Positions 1 to 9,117 of a stretch of 64,000 nucleotides of DNA are shown here, piece after piece. A program made the translations under genes and the position numbers. Source of the DNA: Candidatus Spongiisociaceae bacterium. GTDB taxonomy: Bacteria; Actinomycetota; Acidimicrobiia; Spongiisociales; Spongiisociaceae. Position 1 is the stretch's first letter; every line of letters begins with the position of its first letter. The stretch spans positions 608,001-672,000 of the forward strand of contig OZ241841.1 in assembly GCA_965202665.1 (NCBI GenBank), read 5' to 3'. The notes under the pieces were generated by a model. That model saw nothing but the letters and a program-made list of their open reading frames with translations. It did no database searches and had not been told where the DNA came from.

Positions 1-302
1 TCGTCCGCTCCGGCACCCCCGCAAACACCGACAACCGAGCCGGCCCCGCCCGCAACAGCCGCCGCGCCCGCAGCACCAGCTCTTCCACCTCCGGGCTGGT
101 ACGCATAGGGGAACAACGCGGCCGCGACGACCCGTCTTCCAAACCGGCCTCGCCTTCCTCCCGGTAACGGCGCACCCACTTGGACACGCACTGCCGGGAC
201 AGGCCCACACCGCCGAGCCACCCGCGCCACCGGCTCGCCCTCTCTTACCAGCAACACCATCCCCAAACGTCCCAAAGGCGACGACCTCGCGTTACCATGC
301 AT
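1..302 (-). pseudogene. IS481-family transposase N-terminus with a +1 frameshift
   Basis: ATG at 302 gives MHGNARSSPLGRLGMVLLVREGEPVARVARRCG. After one extra base near 203-206 the frame reads LSRQCVSKWVRRYREEGEAGLEDGSSRPRCSP, the IS481 HTH signature. Confidence 0.8.
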
Positions 303-305
303 CCC

Positions 306-365
306 TGAAGACCTCCTCCCGTGCTATAGGGTGCTTTCACTCCCCATAACACCAGGAGGTCTTCA
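306..365. promoter_or_regulatory. 12-bp inverted repeat covering the transposase ribosome-binding site
   Basis: TGAAGACCTCCT (306-317) and AGGAGGTCTTCA (354-365); on the minus strand AGGAGG is the SD of ATG 302. Confidence 0.6.
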
Positions 366-670
366 CCTATGCAACAACCAAACCGTCACCAACGTCCTGG
401 CCAAGTACACCTAGAGTAGGAAACCGCCTGAGATTTTGCAGGATCAGATGGGGATGACTTCCCATCAGGCCGAATATCTCGCCAAAGTGTCGGAAAAGTT
501 GGCAGAGATGCCCAACACGCGGGCCAAGCTGTCGGCGGGGGCATCACACTGGAACACGTTTCCTCTTTTCCGATTCCGGATGGGTTTCGCAAGAACGGCC
601 GGGACCGCCGTCGCCCCGAACCAGTAAACCTCCCGCCCGGGCCGGACCCTCCGGCGCGTAACATCGGATT

Positions 671-2995
671 ATGGAACCCCGAGAACCCCGATGGCCGGGC
701 GGCGGTCATGACAATGTAGACAATGTACTGGTGTTGTCCGATGCGGCTCACCGGTTGGAGGCCCGGCTGGTCCGGGAGTGGGCGGCCCGGGCCAAACCGG
801 ACGGCGTCGCCGTCGACATAACTTTTATACCGTCCGCCCGGCGGAGGAGACCTTCCCGGCGGGTGATGCGCCGTCTGTCCGCCCGGTTGGACCGCCCCGG
901 CGACCCCCTGCTGGTTCCGGCGCGGGTGGTGTGGACGCCGCCCGTCCAGCGCGGCGCGCGCGCCCTCGGCTGGCGCAACTTTCTCACGTTGCGCGACCCC
1001 CGTTATCCGGGCCCGATTGCCGGACGGCTCATCCTGGCCCGCCGCCCGCACCGGATGCGGATCGCGCTCGGAGAACCCGCCCCTCTGTCGGAACTGCGCC
1101 GGGACTGGTCATCGGAAGGAAAGAAAGAACCGCTTGCCCGGTTCGTCGCCCGCCGCGCTCTGCTCGCCTTGGGACGGGCCGAACGGGAAATCCGGGGGGC
1201 CCGCTACAAGGTCCCCCGCCTGGTCAAACAGGACATTCTGACCGACGCCGCCTTCCAAAAAGGCTTAGCCGACGCCGCCCGCCAAGCCGGCCTCTCCCCC
1301 GGCGCGGCCCAGAACCGGGCCCGCCGTTACCTGAAAGAAATCGCCGCCTCCCACTCCCCTTTCGTGATCGACCTGGTGGCGGCCGCCACCCGCCTGCTGT
1401 ACCGGCAGGGCTACGAAGCCATCAACTACGACCCGGCGGAACTGGAACGGGTGGCGCAGCTGGCCGCCCGCTATCCGGTGGCGTTCCTGCCCTCCCATCG
1501 TTCCAACATGGACCGGCTGTCCCTGCAGTACCTGCTGTGGGAAAACAATCACCCGCCCAACCACACCGCGGGCGGCATCAACATGAACTTCTTCCCGGCC
1601 GGGCCCGTCATCCGCCGGGCGGGGGTGTTTTTCATCCGCCGCACCTTCCGGGACAACCCGGTCTACAAATACGTGTTGCGCTCCTATCTGCACTACCTGT
1701 TGGAAAAACGCTTCTCCCTGGAATGGTACATAGAAGGCGGGCGCAGCCGAACCGGGAAAATGCTCGCCCCCCGCTACGGCCTGCTCGGATACGCGGCCGA
1801 AGCCGTCGCCGCCGGGAAAGCCGAAGACGTATACCTGATCCCCACCGCCATCGGCTACGACCAGATTTTTGAAGCGGGGGCCTACGCCGCCGAACAGCAG
1901 GGAATGGCCAAGCAAAAAGAAAACCTGGCCTGGATGGCGGCCAGCGTCAGGCGGTTGCGCAAACGGCACGGAGCCATCCATCTCCGATTCGGGGAGCCCC
2001 TGTCCCTGCGCGGGGCCCTCGGCCGTCCCGTCCCCGCCGCCGGCCGGGCGAGGAACCTGGCCGTCCAAAAAACGGCTTTCGAAGTGTGCGTGCGCATCAA
2101 CCGGGTTACGCCCGTCACGCCAGCTTCTTTGGTTACCGGAACGCTTCTGACCGCCGGGGCCGACGGCCTGCCCAGTTCGGAACTTACCGCCGCCCTGGCC
2201 GAACTGGCGGAAGACGCCGCCGCCCGCAACTTGCCCGTCACCGAACCGTTGGCCGTCCTGCTCACCGACCGGGGACTGGAACGGATCTTGGAAATCCTCT
2301 CCGAACACGGCCTCGCCGAAACCGTCCGCCGCCCGCCGGACAACCGCCCCGTCCACCGCATCGCCCCCGGCAAACATTTGGCCGCCGCTTACTACCGCAA
2401 CGGCGTCGTCCACTTCTTCCTGGCCCGGGCGGCGGCCGAACTGGGGCTGGCGGCGGCGGCGGACCCCCCGGCCGGTTCCGACCCGCCCGCCGTGTTCCTA
2501 GAGCAGGTGGAACGTTTGCGGGACCTCCTCAAATTCGACTTTTTCTTCCCGGCCCGGCCCGTCTTCCGCCGGGAAGCGGCCAGCGAAGTCGCCCGCCGGG
2601 ATAAAAACTGGGAGAACCGTCTGGCCGACGGCGAAGCCGGAAACCTGCTGGCGGAACTGGCCCCCCACCGCGCCCCTTGGGCGTTGCGCTCCTTCCTGGA
2701 GGCCTATCTGATCACCGCCCGGGAACTGAACGAGCAGCCCATCGGCCAACCTTGGACGGAAAAAGATTTCCTGGCCTCCGCCCTGCGCCGGGGCGAAAGC
2801 GCCCTGGCCGACGGAACCATCGCCGACCCCGCCGCCCTGTCCCAGCACCTTTTTCGGACCGCCCTGCAACTGGCCGGCCACCGCCGCCTGCTCCATCCCG
2901 AATCGCCCGACCGCCGCCGGGAATGGATGGGGGAAATGGAGCAGCTGACCGGCCTGTTGAACCGTCTCGCCGTCAAACCGCCGCCGGTGGAATAA
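671..2995 (+). CDS. plsB: glycerol-3-phosphate 1-O-acyltransferase
   Basis: Acyltransferase motifs PSHRSNMD, FFIRR and YIEGGRSRTGK; 774 aa. Confidence 0.9.
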   Translation: MEPREPRWPGGGHDNVDNVLVLSDAAHRLEARLVREWAARAKPDGVAVDITFIPSARRRRPSRRVMRRLSARLDRPGDPLLVPARVVWTPPVQRGARALGWRNFLTLRDPRYPGPIAGRLILARRPHRMRIALGEPAPLSELRRDWSSEGKKEPLARFVARRALLALGRAEREIRGARYKVPRLVKQDILTDAAFQKGLADAARQAGLSPGAAQNRARRYLKEIAASHSPFVIDLVAAATRLLYRQGYEAINYDPAELERVAQLAARYPVAFLPSHRSNMDRLSLQYLLWENNHPPNHTAGGINMNFFPAGPVIRRAGVFFIRRTFRDNPVYKYVLRSYLHYLLEKRFSLEWYIEGGRSRTGKMLAPRYGLLGYAAEAVAAGKAEDVYLIPTAIGYDQIFEAGAYAAEQQGMAKQKENLAWMAASVRRLRKRHGAIHLRFGEPLSLRGALGRPVPAAGRARNLAVQKTAFEVCVRINRVTPVTPASLVTGTLLTAGADGLPSSELTAALAELAEDAAARNLPVTEPLAVLLTDRGLERILEILSEHGLAETVRRPPDNRPVHRIAPGKHLAAAYYRNGVVHFFLARAAAELGLAAAADPPAGSDPPAVFLEQVERLRDLLKFDFFFPARPVFRREAASEVARRDKNWENRLADGEAGNLLAELAPHRAPWALRSFLEAYLITARELNEQPIGQPWTEKDFLASALRRGESALADGTIADPAALSQHLFRTALQLAGHRRLLHPESPDRRREWMGEMEQLTGLLNRLAVKPPPVE

Positions 2996-3007
2996 TATGA
3001 TTGGAAA

Positions 3008-4021
3008 ATGACCCACGCCCGAACCTTGGAAGCAAACAACGACCGGCTGAACGGGGAACTGTCCCTGTCCGGCCAGGAACGGCGCAACCTGCTCTACTGG
3101 ATGCGCCTCACCCGCACCTTGGACGACCAGTTGGTCGCCCTGTGGAAGCAGGGGCGGGGGGTGGGCGGGACTTTCAACCAGAAAGGCCACGAGGCGATCA
3201 GCGTCGGAACCGGCGCCGCCCTGCATCCCGCCGACGTGGTGGCCCCCATCCACCGCGACCTGGGCTGCTATCTGATCCGGGGAATGACCCCCCGGCGCAT
3301 CGTCGCCAACCAGTTGGGACGGGCCACCGGGGTTACGCAGGGCCGCGACGCCAACCTGCACGGCTGCGGCGACCTGGCCTTGGGCATAATCGGTTTTGTC
3401 AGCCACATCCCGCAGTCGGTTTCCACCGCCCTGGGAGCGGCCATGTCTTTCACCTACCGGGGCGAGAAACGGGCGGCCATGACCTACCTGGGGGACGGGG
3501 GCACCACCACCGGGGTGTTCCACGAAGTGTTGAACATGGCGGCGGTGACGGCCGCCCCGCTGGTGGTGGTGGTGGAAAACAACCAGTACGCCTATTCCAC
3601 TCCCCTGCGCCAGTCCATGGCGGGCGACAACATAGCCGCCCGCAGCGAAGCCCTGGGGGTGCCCGCCCAAGTGGCGGACGGCAACGATCTGGAAGAGGTT
3701 TACCGGTGCGCGGTCATCGCCTTGGACCGGGCCCGCGCCGGGGGCGGCCCGTCCCTGATCGAAGCCAAAACGATGCGCATGCTGGGCCACGCCATACACG
3801 ACGGAGCCGAATACGTGCCCCCGGAGTTGCTGGCCGAATGGGAGGCCAAAGACCCCATCGCCCGCTACGAGCGGAAACTGCTGGAAGCGGGGATTGCGGA
3901 CCGGGCCTACCTGGAGGCGGTGGCGCGCAACTGCCGGGAAGTGGCCGACGACGCTATCCGATTCGCCGAAGCCAGCGACTGGCCCGACCCGGCAACCGTG
4001 CAACAAGGGGTGTTCGCGTGA
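3008..4021 (+). CDS. thiamine-PP-dependent 2-oxoacid dehydrogenase E1 alpha subunit
   Basis: GHEA, TPP-binding GDG..(x24)..ENNQYA and RMLGHAIHD motifs. Confidence 0.92.
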   Translation: MTHARTLEANNDRLNGELSLSGQERRNLLYWMRLTRTLDDQLVALWKQGRGVGGTFNQKGHEAISVGTGAALHPADVVAPIHRDLGCYLIRGMTPRRIVANQLGRATGVTQGRDANLHGCGDLALGIIGFVSHIPQSVSTALGAAMSFTYRGEKRAAMTYLGDGGTTTGVFHEVLNMAAVTAAPLVVVVENNQYAYSTPLRQSMAGDNIAARSEALGVPAQVADGNDLEEVYRCAVIALDRARAGGGPSLIEAKTMRMLGHAIHDGAEYVPPELLAEWEAKDPIARYERKLLEAGIADRAYLEAVARNCREVADDAIRFAEASDWPDPATVQQGVFA

Positions 4022-5055
4022 GCGACCGGGACGGCAACTTCGGTTTCGCCGAATCGGACGTCCCCGCCGGGGGGACGGCGGGCGGGGAAATGACCTATCT
4101 GGAGGCGATCAGCGACGGGTTGCGCACCGAAATGCGCCGCGACCCGGACGTGTTCGTGATGGGCCAAGACATCGGAGGGGATTTTGGAGGGGCGTTCAAA
4201 ATCACCAAAGGCTTTGAGGGCGAATTCGGCCCCCGGCGGGTGATCAACACCCCCCTGTGCGAACAGACCTTCGTGGGGGCGGCCAACGGGATGGCCCTGA
4301 TGGGGTTGCGTCCGGTGGTGGAAATGCAGTTCGCCGATTTCATCTCCACCGGCTTCGACGCCATCGTCCACTACGCGGCCAGCAACTTTTACCGCTGGCG
4401 GGCGCCGATTCCCTGGGTGATCCGGGCCCCCAGCGACGGGGGAATACGCTCCGGGCCTTTCCACAGCGCCAACCCGGAAGCCTGGTTCGTGCACACCCCC
4501 GGCTTGAAAGTGGTCGCCCCCGCCACCCCGGCCGACGCCAAAGGCCTGCTGATTTCCGCCATCCGGGACGACAACCCGGTCATCTACTTCGAAGCCAAAA
4601 ACCTGTACCGGAGCATCCGGGGGCCGACGCCAGCCGGGGAATATGCGGTCCCGCTGGGTTCGGCCCGGGTGGCGCGGGAAGGGACGGAGGCGAGCGTGAT
4701 CGCCTACGGGGCGCAGGTGCATCAGGCCTTGGCGGCGGCCGGGGAACTGGAAGGAGAGGTTTCGGTGGAAGTGGTGGACCTGCGCACTTTGAAACCGCTG
4801 GATACGGAGACGGTTCTGGCCTCGGTGCGCAAAACGGGCCGGGCGTTGGTGGTGCATTCCGCCACCCGCTTGGCCGGGGTGGGAGCGGAAGTGGCGGCGC
4901 TCATCGCCGATGAAGCCTTCCATTTCTTGGACGCCCCGGTGGAACGGCTGGGCGGATTGGACGTCCCCGTCCCGTTCAGCCCGCCTTTGGAGGACGCCTA
5001 CCGCCCCGACGCGGCCAAAATCACCGCCGCCCTCCGCCGTTTGACCGCCTTCTGA
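4018..5055 (+). CDS. 2-oxoacid dehydrogenase E1 beta subunit
   Basis: MTYLEAI..., NTPLCE, VEMQFADF and VDLRTLKPLD motifs. GTG at 4018 overlaps the alpha stop (GTGA); ATG 4090 is an alternative start. Confidence 0.92.
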   Translation: MSDRDGNFGFAESDVPAGGTAGGEMTYLEAISDGLRTEMRRDPDVFVMGQDIGGDFGGAFKITKGFEGEFGPRRVINTPLCEQTFVGAANGMALMGLRPVVEMQFADFISTGFDAIVHYAASNFYRWRAPIPWVIRAPSDGGIRSGPFHSANPEAWFVHTPGLKVVAPATPADAKGLLISAIRDDNPVIYFEAKNLYRSIRGPTPAGEYAVPLGSARVAREGTEASVIAYGAQVHQALAAAGELEGEVSVEVVDLRTLKPLDTETVLASVRKTGRALVVHSATRLAGVGAEVAALIADEAFHFLDAPVERLGGLDVPVPFSPPLEDAYRPDAAKITAALRRLTAF

Positions 5056-5117
5056 CCGCAGGCGCGCATCGCGCAACGCGCAACGCGCAGGAGCCGAAAG
5101 GAGAAACAGAAACACCC

Positions 5118-6035
5118 ATGGAACGTTTCACCGTTGACGTGCGGGGACCGGTGCACGGAATCGACTACGGCGGGGAAGGCCCCCTGGTTTTGCTGGTGCA
5201 CGGGCTGGGAGGTTCGTCCGTCAACTGGGTGGACATCGGAGGGAGCCTGACCCGGTTCGGGCGGGTTCTGGCCCCCGACCTGCCCGGCTTCGGGCGCACC
5301 CCCCCGGCGGGGCGCTCCGCCGCGGTGCGGGGGCTGGCCGACTTCCTGGCCGAGTTCATCAAGGCCCGCACCGACCGGCCGGCGATCGTGGTGGGCAACT
5401 CCATGGGGGCTCTGGCGGCCATGTTGCTGGCCGGGGAGCATCCCCGCTTGACGGAGAAAATGATCCTGATCGATCCGCCCGCCCCCGGCGGCGACCTGCG
5501 TTCCCTGAACCCGGTGTGGGCGGCGACCATGCTGGCCTATTTCATACCGGGCGTAAACCGGGCCCTCATGGCCTGGGTGTACCGGGGCTCCACACTCCGC
5601 CAACGGACCGCGGACGGGTTGCGGGTGCTGGCGGGCGACGGGTCCCAGGTATCCGACGAAACCGTGCGTCTCCATCTGGAAACGGTGATGGAACGCAGTC
5701 ATATGCCCTGGGTTTACCAAACCTACTTCAAGGCTTACCGTTCCATTTTCCGGCAGTTGCTCCCCGCCTGGAAATACGATCGGATGGCGCGCCGCATCAC
5801 CTGCCCGGTCCTGCTGATGCACGGCACCGCCGACTCGGTGGTCCCGTTCCGGGCGGCCGCCCGCCTGGCCGGAAAGCGCCCCGACTGGGACTTCGCCCCC
5901 CTCGCCGGGGCGGGGCATATCGCCATGCTGGAAACCCCCCGCCTGTTTCTGGAACTGGCTTCCGATTTCCTCTCCCGGCCCGCCTCCGGGGCCCTCCCGC
6001 CGGGCGGCGTACCGGTAAAATCGCAACCGTTGTAA
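5118..6035 (+). CDS. alpha/beta-fold hydrolase
   Basis: HGLGG, DLPGFG, GNSMG nucleophile elbow, HGTAD and GH motifs. Confidence 0.9.
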   Translation: MERFTVDVRGPVHGIDYGGEGPLVLLVHGLGGSSVNWVDIGGSLTRFGRVLAPDLPGFGRTPPAGRSAAVRGLADFLAEFIKARTDRPAIVVGNSMGALAAMLLAGEHPRLTEKMILIDPPAPGGDLRSLNPVWAATMLAYFIPGVNRALMAWVYRGSTLRQRTADGLRVLAGDGSQVSDETVRLHLETVMERSHMPWVYQTYFKAYRSIFRQLLPAWKYDRMARRITCPVLLMHGTADSVVPFRAAARLAGKRPDWDFAPLAGAGHIAMLETPRLFLELASDFLSRPASGALPPGGVPVKSQPL

Positions 6036-6045
6036 AATGCGCAAA

Positions 6046-6075
6046 TGCTTAGGCGCGCATAGGCGTGCTTAGGCG
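6046..6075. repeat. three tandem 10-mers upstream of the DUF433 gene (possible operator)
   Basis: TGCTTAGGCG-CGCATAGGCG-TGCTTAGGCG. Confidence 0.5.
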
Positions 6076-6190
6076 ATGACAGAAGCGAGGGCGGCGGTCG
6101 GCGAACGGGCGCGGCGAGCCCGCCCCCGGCCGCGGGCGCCGGACACGGGAACGGCCGTCCGAAGAACGAAAGGGAAAAGGAGGAAACGCA

Positions 6191-6880
6191 ATGCCCAGCA
6201 AGCCGGAAATAGTTTTCCAACCGTTGTACACGGTTGAGCAGGCGGCGTCCATCTCCCAAGTGCCGGTTGACGTCGTGACGGAGTGGGCGCAACCGCCCGA
6301 TTTCATTATCAGCCTCCCCGACTCCGCACCCGGTGAAGCTTCTGTTTCCTTCACCGGAATGGTGGAACTGCTGGTGCTGGCCATCATCAATCCCGATCAG
6401 GACTTTCTGGAACATTTTTACCCAGCCCTGCCCTTTTTGGAATACAAATTTGGAAGAAACCGCCCGGTGTGCCACTACTGGTTCAAACACGACGGGCCCA
6501 AATTGCTGTGGGAATATTACAACCTTCATTCCACCCCGGAAAAAGCGGTAAAATTGTTGGATAAGTTTCACGGTTTAATCAGTTATGTAGGCGATCTAAA
6601 GGATTTTCTTTTCTGGGCCGAGTACAACATTAACAGATACACGCAACGCATTCAACTGCCCCAGTTTGAAACGGCCCCGGTATTGATGGATCCCGAAAAC
6701 CATTCCGGCTTTCCCTATTTCAGAGAAGGCGGCAGCAAGGTGGAGGATGTCATCAACTCTTTCCTAGCCGGTAACTCTTTGCAGGATTGTTCCATGGAAT
6801 ACGACGTTCCCGTCTTCCACATTGAAGATGTTCTCAAAAACAAGGACAAACCCTTCCACAACCCGCCGTCCCGTCCCTGA
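6191..6880 (+). CDS. VapB45-like antitoxin (N-terminal HTH plus DUF433)
   Basis: PLYTVEQAA..VP..V..W, ..DG..LLW and IQLPQFETAPVLMDPENHSGFPYFREGGSKVEDV align by eye with the Rv2018/VapB45 family. SD AGGAGG; AT-richer than the flanks. Confidence 0.75.
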   Translation: MPSKPEIVFQPLYTVEQAASISQVPVDVVTEWAQPPDFIISLPDSAPGEASVSFTGMVELLVLAIINPDQDFLEHFYPALPFLEYKFGRNRPVCHYWFKHDGPKLLWEYYNLHSTPEKAVKLLDKFHGLISYVGDLKDFLFWAEYNINRYTQRIQLPQFETAPVLMDPENHSGFPYFREGGSKVEDVINSFLAGNSLQDCSMEYDVPVFHIEDVLKNKDKPFHNPPSRP

Positions 6881-6983
6881 ACATTCCCCGCCGCGTTTCA
6901 GTGTGTCCCACCTGCGGAGACGCCGATGTCATCCGTGTCCAGCCATTGGCCTGGTGGTTTTTGATTACGTTGTGTGTTACAGG

Positions 6984-6992
6984 TGGTATACT
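6984..6992 (+). promoter_or_regulatory. extended -10 promoter (TGnTATACT)
   Basis: TGGTATACT about 40 nt upstream of ORF 7032. Confidence 0.4.
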
Positions 6993-7031
6993 TGTGGTTG
7001 TCAGTAGGCAAGTGGAAGGATCTGATAGCAG

Positions 7032-7403
7032 ATGGACTTTTCTCAGCAGGTGGTTGCTTTGGAGACTGTAGACGATTGCATGCATCTCGTCCGTTTTCAG
7101 GAGGAGGAGGCTGTGCAGCTGGAGCGGGAGTTTCGGGTTGCGCTGTCTCGGGCGCGGGCGTCGGGGGCGGACGAACGGAAGTGCCGTATGGCGGAGATGC
7201 AGTTGGAGGATTTTATGGACGAGAGGCGACGGCGGGTACGTCTGTTACACGAGAGGGCTGAAGAGATAAAACGCAACCGGGCGAGCAACGCCGTAGACCT
7301 TGACCGCGGCTACTGCAACTACGACACGCAATCTACCGCTCCTCACTGGCGAGAGCTAGTGATTTTGCCAGATGACGTTCGGGGGCCGCCGCATAGCGGC
7401 TGA
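7032..7403 (+). CDS. hypothetical protein, charged/coiled-coil
   Basis: 123-aa ORF with a GAAGGA SD and an upstream promoter; no family recognised. Confidence 0.5.
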   Translation: MDFSQQVVALETVDDCMHLVRFQEEEAVQLEREFRVALSRARASGADERKCRMAEMQLEDFMDERRRRVRLLHERAEEIKRNRASNAVDLDRGYCNYDTQSTAPHWRELVILPDDVRGPPHSG

Positions 7404-7752
7404 TGTGACGCATGGCGTCCCAGATCAGTGCAATGAGGGCGATGAACAGGGCGGCCTTCGACCAGAAGGATGGTTGTCCGCCGCTTCGGGGTGGTAGGTA
7501 GCGGTCAGTCCGGGGGGAGGTTGGTGGCCGCTGTGTAGTATCCGCCGGGTTACGGTCAGTTCTCCGTTGCGGATGATGGAGGACATCGTGATTACGGCCT
7601 GTTCGGCGACGGCGGCTATTTTCGGCGTACCGGTCTGAGGTAATCCGGGACTGAAACCACCGGCGGCGGAACCCAGAGTCTGGGTAGCCCAAAACGGGGC
7701 GCGTGCGGGCCTCGAACGAACCGGAACCCATGGGCCTCGCTAGTATGGGGAT

Positions 7753-8445
7753 ATGAGCGAACGGGTTCGGTTTTACAAACGACGGGGGTTCATCATCGGG
7801 GCGGTGTTGGTTGCCGTTCCGGCGCTGGCCGTTGCGTGGTGGCTGGGTTCGCCGCTGTTCATCGACCGGGTGGTGGACGAACCTTTCCCGCGGGCGGCGA
7901 TGGCGGTGGTGCCCGACGACATGACCGAAGAGCAGGTGGAGGAAATAATGGTGGAGGCCGAAGCCGAAGACGCGATGGTGGACGAACCGATGCCGGAAAT
8001 GCCCGCCCCCGCCGAAACCGCAACGACGACCGCCGAAACTACGGCCGCGACCGTCGCGGAAACTACCACCACCGCCGCCCCCCAACCGGCCGGGCCCGTT
8101 CTCCTCTACCAGGGAGTGTTCGTGGACGGCGACTCCTTTCACACCGGGTCGGGGGATGTGAAGGTTTACCGGCTGGAAGACGGCTCGTTGCTGTTGCGAC
8201 TGGAAGACATCGAAGTGCGCAACGGCCCCGATCTGAACGTGATCGTCACCCCCAGCCCCACCGTGGCCGGGCGGGACGATGTGCGGGTGGAAGGACACTT
8301 GGACCTGGGCGACCTGAAAGGCAACATCGGCTCTCAGAACTACGAATTGCCCGCCGAATTCACCCCGCCCGATGAGTTTTCGGTGGTGGTGTTCTGCGTT
8401 CCCTTCCAAGTGGTTTTCGCCTCCGCCGAAATGCGGCCCGTTTGA
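7753..8445 (+). CDS. membrane-anchored DM13-domain protein
   Basis: N-terminal TM helix, PLFIDRVVDE, Thr-rich linker, NGPDLNV..LGDLKGNIGSQNYELP..VVVFC. Confidence 0.88.
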   Translation: MSERVRFYKRRGFIIGAVLVAVPALAVAWWLGSPLFIDRVVDEPFPRAAMAVVPDDMTEEQVEEIMVEAEAEDAMVDEPMPEMPAPAETATTTAETTAATVAETTTTAAPQPAGPVLLYQGVFVDGDSFHTGSGDVKVYRLEDGSLLLRLEDIEVRNGPDLNVIVTPSPTVAGRDDVRVEGHLDLGDLKGNIGSQNYELPAEFTPPDEFSVVVFCVPFQVVFASAEMRPV

Positions 8446-8462
8446 CATCGGGGAGAAACCTG

Positions 8463-8921
8463 ATGAGCGGCGGCCTGTCCATGGAGGATGTTCGGAAGTT
8501 TGCGGCGGCGGACCGGGGGTTGGCGGTGGTTTCGCTGGCCCGGGAAGACGGGTCGGTTCATTCCTCGGTGGTCAACGCCGGGGTGCTCCACCACCCGCTG
8601 ACCGGTGAAAGCGCGGTGGGAATGGTGGTGCGGGGCGGAACCGTGAAACTGCGCCGCTGGCGGACCTTGCCGAAAGCCGCGGTGGTGTTCAGAACCGGCT
8701 GGTCGTGGATCGGCGTCGAAGGGGAAGTTTCCATTATCGGCCCCGATGACCCGGCGGAAGGTTTCAACCCGGCCGGCCTGTCGCAGTTGCTGCGGGATGT
8801 TTTCACCGCCGCCGGAGGAACCCACGACGACTGGGACGAATACGACCGGGTGATGCGGGAAGAGTCCCGAACGGCGGTTTTCGTCCTCCCCTCCCGCATC
8901 ACCGGGAGCGGCCGCCTCTAA
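8463..8921 (+). CDS. PPOX-class (F420-dependent-type) pyridoxamine 5'-phosphate oxidase family protein
   Basis: LAVVSLAREDGSVHSSVVNAG ... FTAAGGTHDDWDEYDRVMREESR. Confidence 0.85.
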   Translation: MSGGLSMEDVRKFAAADRGLAVVSLAREDGSVHSSVVNAGVLHHPLTGESAVGMVVRGGTVKLRRWRTLPKAAVVFRTGWSWIGVEGEVSIIGPDDPAEGFNPAGLSQLLRDVFTAAGGTHDDWDEYDRVMREESRTAVFVLPSRITGSGRL

Positions 8922-8952
8922 AACCCGGTTAAAATCCCCGGCTATTTTCAGC

Positions 8953-9000
8953 GGCGGCGGGAGGGGATGTCCAACAGGAAAAACACCACTCCCGCCAGCC
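8953..9000. terminator. GC-rich hairpin between convergent genes
   Basis: GGCGGGAG (8956-8963) pairs with CTCCCGCC (8989-8996). Confidence 0.4.
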
Positions 9001-9117
9001 AAACTGCGGAACCCCACGTCGTCCACCAGTCGCCGGCCCGCAACGCGCCGACCAAAAACGCGACCCCTGACAGGAAAAAGAGCCCCCACCCCAGCATCTC
9101 GAAGCGGCCGCCCAAGG

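Larger units (their letters stand above)
1..409 (-). mobile_element. IS481-family insertion sequence, left end (runs off the window edge)
   Basis: The minus strand begins TGTACTTGGCCAGGACGTTGGTGAC at 409, an IS481-type TGT terminus. It is flanked by CCTAGA (410-415), matching the NCTAGN target of IS481, and followed by a transposase N-terminus. Confidence 0.85.
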
